Shown: piece after piece, positions 36,087-47,500 of the stretch
How the letters are laid out: each line of letters begins with the position of its first letter
How positions within the stretch are numbered: the stretch's first letter is position 1
IMG/VR virus record: IMGVR_UViG_3300035187_001477
Length of the DNA: 64,000 nucleotides
Strand: one strand, 5' to 3'
From: an uncultured virus (IMG/VR IMGVR_UViG_3300035187_001477)
Lineage: Duplodnaviria > Heunggongvirae > Uroviricota > Caudoviricetes > Crassvirales
The notes under the pieces: model-generated
What the model saw: only the letters and a program-made list of their open reading frames with translations
What the model was told of the DNA's origin: nothing
The model's database searches: none
Made by a program: the position numbers and the translations under genes

Positions 36087-38492
36087 ATGACATCACAAGT
36101 AACCATATTCCAAAACATCAAAGAGACAAGCACTCCCTTTCACAGGGAGGTGGGTGTAATCCTTGAGCGTATCAAGGATGGCGCAACCAAGGAGCTCGTC
36201 AAGAAGATACGTGCAGAGAAGCGCAAGGCTGAGCGTAATGAGCTGAAGAAGCAACTGCCTGCCATCTGTTTCAGTGGTACGTTTAACAAGCGTGCAGACA
36301 CAGCCCTGATTGAACATAGCGGTCTCATCTGTCTTGACTTCGATGGGTACGACAAGCAGAAGGTATTACTCAACGACAAGGAGACCCTGAGCAAGAACAA
36401 GTATGTCTATTCTGTGTTCATTTCTCCGTCCGGCAATGGGCTGAAGGTACTCGTTAAGATACCTGCCGATGCAGAGAACCATCAGAATTACTTTAATAGC
36501 TTAGAAAAGTACTTTAATTCCCCTTATTTCGACAAGACGAGTAAGAACATCAGCCGAGTGTGTTACGAGTCCTATGACCCTCTAATCCACGTAAACGAGA
36601 ACTCATCGGTATGGGATACCATCGAAGAGCCTGAGTACACGGAGGTGAACAAGCTACGGGACACGGCAACCATCCCGATCACGGACGAGAATAAGATAGT
36701 GGAGATACTCGTCAAGTGGTGGCAGAAGAAGTACCCGATGACCGAGGGACAGCGTAATCAGAACTGCTACGTCCTTGCGATGGCGTTCAATGACTTCGGT
36801 ATCAACAAGAGTCTTGCCGGATACGTACTAAACCAATACTCAACGGCTGACTTCCCACTCAAAGAGATTCAACGAACGATAGATTCGGCTTATCAGAATA
36901 CAGCCAACTTCGGGACCAAGTACTACGAGGATGAGGAGAGAGTAAACCAAATCAAAGCAAAGCTAAGGCGTGGTGTCTCAAAAAAAGAGGTGCGCCTCCA
37001 ACTGCAGGACTCCAATTTGGATGGCGACACGATCGAAGCGGTGCTTGCAAAGGTCGAGGAGGAGAACGCCAAGCAGACCTTTTGGACAAAGAACGACAAG
37101 GGGGTCATTAAGATAGTACATATTCTCTTTAAGCAATTCCTCGAGGACTCAGGCTTCTACAAGTACTGCCCCGAGGGTGGGAAGAACTACGTGTTCGTGA
37201 AGGTGACCAATAACCTAATCGACCACACATCAGAGAAGGAGATAAAAGACTTTATACTTAACCACTTGCTTGAGCTTGACGACATAATGGTGTATAACTA
37301 TTTCGCTGATAACACACGCTTCTTTAAGGAAGAGTTCTTGTCAATGCTATCTACTATTGACATCTACTTTATTGAGGATACCAAGGAGGCAGCGTATTTA
37401 TACTACAAGAACTGTGCAGTGAAGATAACAAGCGAAGGCATCACATCAATTGACTACCTTGACTTAGGCGGTTACGTTTGGAAAGACCACGTCATTGATC
37501 GGAACTTCAGTATGTGTAAGGTCACATCAAGGTGTGACTACCGGCAGTTCATCCGCAACATCTGCGGTAATGATGACAGCAGGGTGTCATCAATGGAGAG
37601 TACAATTGGATTCCTGCTGCACGGATACAAGAACCTCAGCTTCTGCCCTGCGGTCATCCTGAATGATGAGGTCATCAGCGACAACCCCGAGGGTGGAACA
37701 GGGAAGGGATTATTTATGAACGCCCTCAGCAATATGAAGAAGGTGGTAACGATAGATGGTAAGAGCTTCACCTTTGAGCGGAGCTTCGCCTATCAATTGG
37801 TGTCTGCCGACACACAGATACTCGTGTTCGATGACGTGAAGAAACACTTTGACTTCGAGCGTCTGTTCAGTGTGGTAACAGAAGGACTAACGCTTGAGAA
37901 GAAGAACAAGGATGCGATTAAGATTCCGTTCAGTAAGTCACCAAAGATTGCCATCACTACCAACTACGCCATCAAGGGTAGCGGTAATTCATTTGCTCGT
38001 AGGAAGTGGGAGCTTGAGCTGCACCAATACTACTCCAAGGCGTACACGCCACTCGATGAGTTTGGTAAGCTGATGTTCGGGGATTGGAACGATGATGATT
38101 GGTGTGAGTTTGACAACTATATGATCGGGTGCTTGAAGAGCTATCTTGATACAGGACTTGTGAAGAGTAAGTTCGTCAACCTTAAGATTCGTCAGCTATC
38201 AGCAGAGACAGCACACGACTTCATCGAATGGTGCGGTCTTGTCGATGGGCAGCAGCGTAACACTGCGCTTGAGGTAGGTGTAAGACTATACAAGAATGAC
38301 CTGTACCACGACTTCATTAACGAGTATCCTGACTACGGACCGAAGGCTAAGATGACCATCAGCAGAACCAAGTTCTATAAGTGGCTCGTGTCTTATGCTT
38401 TGTACAAGGAAGGTGTTACTCCGGAGGAAGGTCGTGACCTGAATGGCAGATGGATTATCATCAACAGAAAAAAGGAGGGAACAAATGAATGA
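36087..38492 (+). CDS. Primase-helicase (VirE-N/BT4734-like primase, PriCT, P-loop helicase)
   Basis: KKQLP...HSGLICLDFD, FISPSGNGLK, EGQRN, GGTGKG, VFDD. Confidence 0.85.
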   Translation: MTSQVTIFQNIKETSTPFHREVGVILERIKDGATKELVKKIRAEKRKAERNELKKQLPAICFSGTFNKRADTALIEHSGLICLDFDGYDKQKVLLNDKETLSKNKYVYSVFISPSGNGLKVLVKIPADAENHQNYFNSLEKYFNSPYFDKTSKNISRVCYESYDPLIHVNENSSVWDTIEEPEYTEVNKLRDTATIPITDENKIVEILVKWWQKKYPMTEGQRNQNCYVLAMAFNDFGINKSLAGYVLNQYSTADFPLKEIQRTIDSAYQNTANFGTKYYEDEERVNQIKAKLRRGVSKKEVRLQLQDSNLDGDTIEAVLAKVEEENAKQTFWTKNDKGVIKIVHILFKQFLEDSGFYKYCPEGGKNYVFVKVTNNLIDHTSEKEIKDFILNHLLELDDIMVYNYFADNTRFFKEEFLSMLSTIDIYFIEDTKEAAYLYYKNCAVKITSEGITSIDYLDLGGYVWKDHVIDRNFSMCKVTSRCDYRQFIRNICGNDDSRVSSMESTIGFLLHGYKNLSFCPAVILNDEVISDNPEGGTGKGLFMNALSNMKKVVTIDGKSFTFERSFAYQLVSADTQILVFDDVKKHFDFERLFSVVTEGLTLEKKNKDAIKIPFSKSPKIAITTNYAIKGSGNSFARRKWELELHQYYSKAYTPLDEFGKLMFGDWNDDDWCEFDNYMIGCLKSYLDTGLVKSKFVNLKIRQLSAETAHDFIEWCGLVDGQQRNTALEVGVRLYKNDLYHDFINEYPDYGPKAKMTISRTKFYKWLVSYALYKEGVTPEEGRDLNGRWIIINRKKEGTNE

Positions 38493-39969
38493 GATAGTTG
38501 AGCGCACGCCCGGAGCTTCTGACTACAATATGTTCAAGTACTGCGAAATACTTTGTAAGGTGATGAGTCAGACTAAGGAAGTGAAGATTGGAAGAGGGAA
38601 GACTATCGAAGTTCATCAAACGTACAAGTATAAAGACGCTCCGCAAATATTGCCACGGCTTGAGCGCAGCCGTGATTATTACAAGGAGCTTCACGAAAAA
38701 GGAGGTAGCCAAGTGCAATTCAGACAATACCAAAAAGACATCATCGCTTCAGGATTCACCATACTGCAGGAGCACCGCTTCTTATACCTTGCTATGGAGG
38801 TGAGAACAGGCAAGACATTAACGAGTCTCGGCATTGCCAATGAGATGAGAGTTAAACACGTGCTGTTCGTCACCAAGAAGAAAGCAATGGGTAGTATCGA
38901 GGAAGACTATGCAATGTTCAACCCATCATTTAAGATGACGGTCATCAACTACGAGAGCTTGCATCACGTAATGGATGACGAGATGTGGGACTTGATTATC
39001 CTTGATGAGGCGCACAGCTTAGGAGCATTTGCTAAACCAAGCGAGAGAGCAATAATGGTAAGAGACTTGATCGAAAAGTGTAGACCAATGGTGATACTGC
39101 TGAGCGGTACGCCAACACCGGAGAGTTACTCTCAGATGTATCATCAGGTCTATGGCATACCGAACAATCCGTTCAGGCATTACAAAAACTTTTACCGGTT
39201 TGCTGATGAGCATATCAAGATTAAGCAAAAGAAAATCAACGGGCTCTTTGTTAAAGACTACAGCCACGGGAAGGACAGCATTATCGAGGCAATGAAACCA
39301 TACACCATCAACTACTCTCAGGAGGAGGCAGGCTTTGTTACGCAGGTAACCGAGGAGATACTTGAGGTGGAGCTAAAGGATAGCACCAAGACTTTGATCA
39401 AGAAACTGCAGAAGGATAAGGTGATTGAGGGTAAGAGCGAGGTAATACTTGCAGACACACCCGTGAAATTAATGATGAAGATACACCAACTTTGCAGTGG
39501 AACGATTAAGTTTGAGAGTGGCAACAGTATGGTGCTCGATACTACCAAAGCTGAATACATCAAGGATTACTTTGCCGGCTGCAAGATTGGAATCTTCTAC
39601 AAGTTTAAGGAAGAATTGTCTGCGCTAAAGCAAGTGTTCAAGGATGACTTGACAACTGAGCTCAGTGTCTTTGAAGACACTGATAAGAACATCGCACTAC
39701 AGATTGTTAGTGGACGTGAGGGAATCAGCTTGAAAAAGGCTGACTACTTAGTGTACTACAACATTGACTTTAGTGCGACAAGCTATTGGCAAAGCAAAGA
39801 CAGGATGACAACCAAGGAGCGTGCGTTCAACCACGTGTATTGGATATTTAGTAAGGATGGAATCGAGCACGACATTTACAAAGCTGTAACCAAGAAGAAG
39901 GACTATACCGTAAATCATTTTAGGAAAGACTTTTATGACGGAGCAACAGGTACAATCGAAGCTGATTAA
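38485..39969 (+). CDS. SNF2-like SF2 helicase
   Basis: MEVRTGKT, NYESL, ILDEAH, LSGTP, GREGISL, QSKDR. Confidence 0.85.
   Translation: MNEIVERTPGASDYNMFKYCEILCKVMSQTKEVKIGRGKTIEVHQTYKYKDAPQILPRLERSRDYYKELHEKGGSQVQFRQYQKDIIASGFTILQEHRFLYLAMEVRTGKTLTSLGIANEMRVKHVLFVTKKKAMGSIEEDYAMFNPSFKMTVINYESLHHVMDDEMWDLIILDEAHSLGAFAKPSERAIMVRDLIEKCRPMVILLSGTPTPESYSQMYHQVYGIPNNPFRHYKNFYRFADEHIKIKQKKINGLFVKDYSHGKDSIIEAMKPYTINYSQEEAGFVTQVTEEILEVELKDSTKTLIKKLQKDKVIEGKSEVILADTPVKLMMKIHQLCSGTIKFESGNSMVLDTTKAEYIKDYFAGCKIGIFYKFKEELSALKQVFKDDLTTELSVFEDTDKNIALQIVSGREGISLKKADYLVYYNIDFSATSYWQSKDRMTTKERAFNHVYWIFSKDGIEHDIYKAVTKKKDYTVNHFRKDFYDGATGTIEAD
39665..39680 (-). repeat. 16-bp palindrome, copy 6 of 8 (inside helicase; extends to 22 bp)
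   Basis: TCA-GTGTCTTTGAAGACAC-TGA. Confidence 0.95.
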
Positions 39970-40189
39970 AGAGCTTGAAGACAAGGGATACTACGTGATC
40001 AAGTTGGTGAAGACCAACAAGAATGGCATCCCTGACCTTATTGCTATCCCTAAAAATTCTGACGTGGAGTTCTTCGAGGTGAAGCGTGCAGATGGTAAAG
40101 TATCTAAACTACAAGAGTATCGAATTAAAGAACTAAAAAAATATGGAATTAAAGCAACAGTTTATTACGGTCCCAAGAAACCTGAGTGA
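39935..40189 (+). CDS. VRR-NUC nuclease
   Basis: EQQVQ...GIPDL...FFEVK...SKLQ. Confidence 0.85.
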   Translation: MTEQQVQSKLIKELEDKGYYVIKLVKTNKNGIPDLIAIPKNSDVEFFEVKRADGKVSKLQEYRIKELKKYGIKATVYYGPKKPE

Positions 40190-40679
40190 GCAAGACCACG
40201 CACAACGGGTGGTTGAGATGGTGATGGGAGTGAGAGTTGGCGACAAGAACCGGAAGCGGCAGGTCGTGGAGGCGAGGATGATGTTCTCGTCTATGCTTAG
40301 AGATATGGGGTATTCTCTGAAGGAGATTGGTTCGGTGTTGAAGAAAGACCACACCACAATTATACACTACCTACGAAAGCTCAGAGAACTAACTGAAGTG
40401 GATAGGTCTCTGTTCAAAAAGTATATAAAGTGTAGAGAGTTGTTGATGTTAAATGAAGAGCCCGTAAATTTAGAAGAAGAATTGGAACGCTTACGCAAAC
40501 AGGTTGAGCTACTGAAGATGGAGAACTATATTCTTTCTGAAGAGAAGACTGAGTTGACAAAGCAATTGTCGAGCGATGAGAAGCGCCTACAAAAAATTTT
40601 CAAACTAATTGAAGAAAACACACAGCACGGATATGAGGGAATTGTTGAACGCAAAATAAGAAAGATGTTCGATGAATGA
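40143..40679 (+). CDS. Second DnaA C-terminal-like HTH protein with coiled coil
   Basis: RKRQVVEARMM...SLKEIGSVLKKDHTTIIH. Confidence 0.7.
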   Translation: MELKQQFITVPRNLSEQDHAQRVVEMVMGVRVGDKNRKRQVVEARMMFSSMLRDMGYSLKEIGSVLKKDHTTIIHYLRKLRELTEVDRSLFKKYIKCRELLMLNEEPVNLEEELERLRKQVELLKMENYILSEEKTELTKQLSSDEKRLQKIFKLIEENTQHGYEGIVERKIRKMFDE

Positions 40680-40857
40680 GCAGGAAAACAATCGTGCCCA
40701 ACGCATAGCGTATATGACTGAGGGCTTTCACGAAATCGTGACTTCCATCTACGAGAAATTGGTGGACAGGGAATACGACTCCGCTACTCAAGACATTAAA
40801 GAACTAATGCGTGACCTTCGTGCGACATTAAAACTTATAGAAGATGAAGACTTTTGA
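40672..40857 (+). CDS. Hypothetical protein
   Basis: 61 aa, coupled to neighbours. Confidence 0.6.
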   Translation: MNEQENNRAQRIAYMTEGFHEIVTSIYEKLVDREYDSATQDIKELMRDLRATLKLIEDEDF

Positions 40858-41260
40858 AACAGAACAAGACAGGAAAAGAGAGCAGAAAGCCATCGAGACA
40901 TTCGTCAAGATGTTCGGTGGCTCATTTCAAAAGCTCGGTCAACAAGATGTTGACTACAGAATATTTGACAAAGACAAGAACCTGATAGCTTATGCTGAGG
41001 TGAAGGGTAGGATACGACCGCTGAGGGATGCCTACCCTTTGCCGGTGGCACTTGCCAAGCTGAATAAACTGATCGAGAAAAGACACAACCCTGTATTGAT
41101 ATGGGCTTGCGAGGATGGCATCATCTATGGCAAAGTATTCTCCCTTGTAGGCGAAGTAAAGTTAGGCGGTCGCCCTCCACGTGAGGAAGCCGTTAATGAC
41201 ATCGAGATGATGGTCTACTTTGAAAGACAGAAAGGTCTTAAGTACGTAAGGTTTAGTTAA
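40844..41260 (+). CDS. Putative PD-(D/E)XK nuclease-fold protein
   Basis: VDY...AEVKGR. Confidence 0.6.
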   Translation: MKTFETEQDRKREQKAIETFVKMFGGSFQKLGQQDVDYRIFDKDKNLIAYAEVKGRIRPLRDAYPLPVALAKLNKLIEKRHNPVLIWACEDGIIYGKVFSLVGEVKLGGRPPREEAVNDIEMMVYFERQKGLKYVRFS

Positions 41261-41519
41261 CCTCTTCTTCTTTCTTATCCTTGAAAGACTTTAGGATATG
41301 AGCCACTGACTCGATGGTGGTAAGACCAAGTGATACTGCAACAAGTACAGTTACGCTATACACCAATGAATCTGCAGGAGCAAAGTGAGATTCACTATGT
41401 GAGTTGTCCCACATCGTCCAAAATAAAAACATTGCTCCGATTATTCCCACGAGCCTCTTGCTTGAGTTGTTACTCTCAGAGGAGAAGAATCCTCCCATCC
41501 ATTTGAATAGTTGTTTCAT
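41253..41519 (-). CDS. Small two-TM membrane protein
   Basis: SSKRLVG followed by two hydrophobic helices. Confidence 0.6.
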   Translation of the reverse strand: MKQLFKWMGGFFSSESNNSSKRLVGIIGAMFLFWTMWDNSHSESHFAPADSLVYSVTVLVAVSLGLTTIESVAHILKSFKDKKEEEVN

Positions 41520-44500
41520 TTTTTTTGTTTTTCTTTTCCGTAAATAGTGTTTCCTCCTGATTGCTTAGGCACGTATTCATACATCTCATCTTTTATCTCA
41601 CGCCTAATTCTTTCTTTTTCTTTTCTCATCTCGCTTTTCATCTTCTCAATATCATAAAGAACTCCACCCTCACCATACAAATCCTCATACATCTCAGGGT
41701 AGTAACGCTTCATATCTTCCTTGCCAATCTTATTCATCGGCTTGGTCACTTCTGCTTTCTCTAAATCCTTATAGAGTTCTTTGTTTACAATCTTACGGAC
41801 ATCTTTGTAAAGAGGAATGAGCCCAAGGTTACCCATTATCTCAAGAGGAATACGAATACCTACCTCTTTTTCACTACGCTGTATAGCATCAGCCTGTTTC
41901 TTAGGTTCCTCTGTAGCCTTACGAATCATCAAATCTAATGTCTTAGCTGATGGACCAAACGGACCAAGCATATTCATAAGCAAGTCTCCCATATCCGTCT
42001 TCTTACCTTTCTTCTCAGCAGGGATAACGGTATACTGAAGAGCATCTTTGTATGGGTCATACTCTCCTTCACGAAGGAAGTCGAGATAGTTTTCATTTAC
42101 TCTTTCTACCCCATATCCAATCAGATTCTTGGTTGCGTTACCAAAGTCACGACCTAATAGTAATGATGTAGCAGAAGACAACATACCCTGACCAATCTTT
42201 TGCTCGATTGACTTCTCGTCATCCTCATCTTCATCAGGCACAAACAGACCAACTAAAGCTGAAGACAAAGCCTGAGTAATCAAAGTATAGGCTGTCATCC
42301 TTGTGGCAACCGCAGCGAGCAAAGCAACGCCTGTCTTTCTTGACAATGTTCCATTACCCATAGCCGCATTGATGCCGGTACGAGCAGTGATATATTCATA
42401 GATCAAGAAGCGAGTCATAAAGTTATTGAAGATGTTGAACCCTCTGATGAGTGCGCTTTGATTCTGCTTAGGCGTACCCTTTAGGATGCCCATAAAAGCA
42501 TTGTCAGTTGCACCGGTAAGTACAGTCTTCTCATCAGCATAGTTCTTAGCTGCGTCAAGAGCTTCTTTGTTTGAAGCCATATACCGCTCGTCATTCTCAG
42601 CTATCTTATCAAAGTCAGGCTCGGCTCCGGTAATCTTTTTGAACTCATTAGCAAAGGCTCCGAACCACATTGGACGCATCACCATCTTATCAGGAGTAGC
42701 AATCAACGCATCAGCCATTGTCTCTACAGCGTTCTGATACTTCTTCAAAGAGATATTATATATCTGCTGTATTTTATTTCTGACATCATTTTGAGCCCTA
42801 CCACCTTTTACGCCACTTGCTTGGTTCATTATCGAAGCATCAATAAGTCTTCCACTAAGAGTATCGTGAGGGAATAAACGGTTAGTTTGTTTACTTCCTA
42901 CGTTGCTCATAATAGTAGCAGCAGTTGGCGACAATACAACACCCCTATTTTTAAGACCGGCTTTGAAATCTTTTGGAGCAGCTATCATAGCAAACGCTAT
43001 GTTAGATGATAACTCCCCAACAAACCTTGGCGCACTTGCAAGTACAGCACGGTAGCCTTGCTTAGACATAAAGTTTACAGCATCATCAAGTAAAGATGTA
43101 GATGTAAAGTTATCTGTCAGCAGGTTGTCAACAGCTTCCTCATAAACTCTTTCAATAGCATTGAAAATGTTTTGCTGTTGTTTGGTTGCGCCTTCCTGCT
43201 CCATCAGCTTTGACGTTTCATTAATGGTCTTACGCCCTGTGCGTATGGGTTCAGTAAGATAGTAATCCATTAATACAAACTTAGCACCACGATTTGCTGA
43301 AGCAAACACGTCAAAGTTCAATGGAGCAACCTTACCTGTACGTGCAATCAAAGACTTTGCTTTGGTAGAGGGACGCATTGATTCGTTGTAGCTATCAATG
43401 AAAGCCACACCGGATATAGCTTCGTCAGGTCTATGCTCGTGAAGTGTATTCAAGTGTACGTAATTATTCAATGGAGTAATCTTGTCTCCACGGACAATAG
43501 CTGCAGTGTATACAGCTTTCTCACGTAAGTCCTCATTTACTTTTTGAATAGTCTTGATCGCATTTCTTTCAGCCTCATTGAATGAATCATACAACTTTTG
43601 GTTATCTATATTACCATTTGCATCTGTGTACTCATCGTAAATTTCCTGAAGCATATCAGCATCACGCTCGCCAAAACTTGACTTACCCTTTCTAATGTGG
43701 TCAATTGTTTTCTTCAAGTACTCTGCTGCCGGATTAACCTGTTTGCTATCAGGGTTTGAATCGTGCTCAAGCTGTACCATATAGGTCATCATCTTGAACT
43801 TAGACATCAATGTTTTATTAGCGTCATTCTTGAATGATTTAGCTACAGCTTCTTGAGCTCTATCTAATTTATTATTTAACTCAGTGACTGCCTTTTGGAA
43901 TTTAGCCTGCGCATCAGCAGCTTGAGCAAACAGTGAATTGAATATCTCCTTCGTGTTATAGTTGCCAAACACTTGGTCAATGTAGTACAACGGGTTTCTT
44001 CTTATCAACTCAACAAGACCATCCTTCTTTGTCAGCCATCCTTTTATCTTGGAATATATTGAACTAAGCTTCAGAGGCTTTGCTTTTTGAACTGCATCAT
44101 TAAGTGTCTTTGATTTATTGATGGCGTTCATACGCTCAACAATAAGCTGAGTATAATGTGGAAGGTATCCGTTGTTTATGTTGTCAATCAAACGCAGCAG
44201 GTTCTTTAACTGTGCGTTGTCAAGACCATATACTGCATCTGTCTTGAGAAGTTTCTTTAACTCACGAGCAAGGTTACGCTCGTCTGCAGTTGGCAATCCT
44301 TCAGGATTTAGATCAGCAAGCTGTGCTGCATCTGCCATCACTTGATTCTCTGCCTCAATCTCAGCCTCACTACGTGGGTCCTTCTGTGTCATTGGAAGAA
44401 TGGATGACTTATACTTACGCATAATCTCAGCCTCCTCTTCAGTAATCACTTCGTCCTTCACCATATCTCGTATGGTTCCGGCATAGTCAACCTTGCCCTC

Positions 44501-47500
44501 ATCATCAACAAGCTTACCATCATAAGAATTGAATCGCTCAGCAAGCTCAGCAGCAAGTGACACATCTGCATCTACTGCATTAAGAATGTCATTAACATCT
44601 TTGGTGACAGCATTAATCTCTTCAAGTTGCAACACAGCCCTACGCTCACCCATCATTGTGACAAGCTTTGTGTATTTTTCAAACACAGCGTCAGGGATTA
44701 GGGTTGGCTTGATGGCAAGAAGGCGTTGCATCAGTGGGCTCAAGCTCTCTGCTATACCTATCTTAGTCTGTGCGTTTCTGCGTGCAGTTGGTAAAGCTTT
44801 GTTGATGGTACCAATCTGATCGGCATAGTTGGCGTTCTTAAACACCTTAGCCATATAGTCTACGAACCTACCTATTGAGTTGGGGTCAAACATATTGACA
44901 CCACTAAACTTGCTAATGATAGCTGCCGTTTGCTTGGCTGTAATGAATCCCTTGTCTGTCATAGTACGCAAATACTTAACAAGCTCTCCGCTTGTGCGCA
45001 CCCATAGCTTAATAGCATCCTTGGCTCCCTTTGCTTGGTCAGCAAGCTGCTTTTTCAACAGCTCGTACTCTGACATTGTAATCTCATTCACGTCTTTAGT
45101 CTCGCCAAAAAGTTTCTGAGGCTTAGGAGCTGCCTTCTCACGCTTACCAAATCGTTTGCGTATATCACGCACCATCTTCTCACGCTGCGTATCTGAGGCT
45201 GTCTCATATACTCGTGAGCCTTGCAGGTAAGCAATGGCGTTTTGCATTGCTTCCTCATTTGTATTGCCACGCTGCAGAGATTTTCTTACCACACCCTCAA
45301 GCTCGGTCATCATCCTGTTGAATCCGGGTAGCTCCATCTCCGTAGTATCCTCCGGTTGCGCTTGCGCATCACGTTGTTGAGCAAGGGCGCTGATGGAATC
45401 AATTACATCTTGCTCGCTCACATTGTTCTGTGCGGCAGCTCTTGTGATAGCTTCTTGCAGTGTGATACCTGTAGCGACAAGAGCCTTCACTGTTTTGATA
45501 ATGGCTTTCATAACCGGTATAGCTATGTTGATACCGGCAGTTTCTCTACCAAACTTGGTAAGGTCACCATCTACCTTATCCAAAAATTCTTTTACTCTTT
45601 CAAGAGTAGTAGCATCTTTAGTGTCTGCTGTCATCAGCTCCTCCGTTGTTGGAGCAGCACGTTCTATATCACCTGTATCTGTCTCGTTAATCTCGTAGAA
45701 CTCTGCAGGTAGAAGACCAATCTTCTGATCAGCGAACTTAAACTTCTCATATATCTGCTCCTCAATCTTACGAGCCTGTGAGTTAAGTCCTTCTTCACGA
45801 AGGGCACGTGCTTGCTGACGCAGTTCTTTAAGCGCCTCATTCTCTCCTGAGAAGTTAACGTATGAGTTCTGACCACGTGTCTCTGTGGTCATAGCCGCAC
45901 GTGCAAGTGGTGAGTACATACGTGCGTGTACGTTCCAAGCGTTCTCCTCGCCTTTAGGACCAAATGAATTGCCGAGCTCAGCGTGTCCAAAGAAATCGTG
46001 GATGGCACGGAACACGTCATTCACGAGCATAGTCTGCCCGTTCACATCTTTGAATCCTGAATCTCTTAGTAATGGGTTCTCTGCACGCTGCTCTTCTGTA
46101 ATGGCAGCATCACCAAATCCTGACTCGGTAGAAAAGATTTTCATACGCTGATTGTTTCTCAGGTCGTCAATCATCTCCTGAGAATTGGCGTATGGTTCTT
46201 CGTTATTTATCTCAACAACATAACCGGCATCGAGGAAATCTTGATACTGATCAAGGGTTTCCTTAGCCATCGCTTCGTATGCAGCTCTGACTTGGGGGTC
46301 AGTTGGGTTGTGCTGCATAGCAGCAAACGCATTAGCTATGCGTCTTGCTCTTGCTTCGTCTAACCTTTGCGATCCGTTGTACCTCGGTCTTTTCTTGCCG
46401 AAAACTCTTTGATAATATCTATCCGCAATTTGCGCAACTCTCTCGAGGGGCTTATTGAAAAGTCTGTTGCCGGGGCTTGGCTTGAAATACTCTCCGCTAT
46501 CAACGCCTTGGAACTCGGCATCCCTCCTGACTGCTTCTTCGACTGCTTGAAGAATGTTTTGCCCACTCGGTCCAAGTTCGGACCCTTTAGCTTTAATTCT
46601 TCCAAGAATTTTTTTCCTGCTTGCAACGCCAACTCTTCGGGAATCGACCGGACGGAAGTCTTGTTGTTCATAATTTATTCCTTTTGATTTAAGTAGTTCT
46701 ACAAATGTACCAATGTTTTTCTGTAACTGTGGGTCAGCAAAGTCTAATACGTCAATGAATGATACCTCACCTGTCTTCTCGTTGATACTAAAGTCAGTGA
46801 TACCTGCTTCCTTTAACGCATCTATTGCACCATCTACATCAGATACTTTAACGCTATACTCATTGGCGTTGTGCGTCTTACCACCCTGTTCGGTATACTG
46901 TGCAGCAATGGCTGCCTCCTGCACCTGTGGAGCAAATGCACTTACGAGTGCAGCATATTCTTCAGCCTGCTCGATGGTAGCACCCTCAAGGTCTACAGCG
47001 TTTGATATTTCTACAATCCTTTCACCTTTATTATTCTCATACCCACCAATAAACTCAAGGACGTTGGTCTTGATACCAAGTAAACTGCCAATATCTGCAA
47101 GTGTTTGCAGGTATCCCTTATACGCAGGAGACTCTCTTAATGCTGCAGCTTCTGAGGTAGACCCAACTTGTGTGTTAAAGAATGGAGCTACATTTACCCG
47201 TGTCTTTGAAGACACTTTTTGAAGAGCATCTAATTCGTTAAGAGCTTCATCCACTGCTATGGTTTGATCTCCAATAGTGATGGTCTCTTGATCATCTTCT
47301 ACAGCAGCGAGCGCTTTGATTAGCGCATCTTTCCTTTCTTGTTGTTCGGGGCTGAGGACTTTTTCACCCTCTTGGGTAATGACTTCAAGTCCTGTTTTGG
47401 GTTCTCCTTGCGCCAACGCTTCGCTATCTCCGGGTGTTGGCTGAACAGATACTTGACCTGCTGCTTGCTTTTGAATGGCATCTTGTGATATTTTAGTTAG

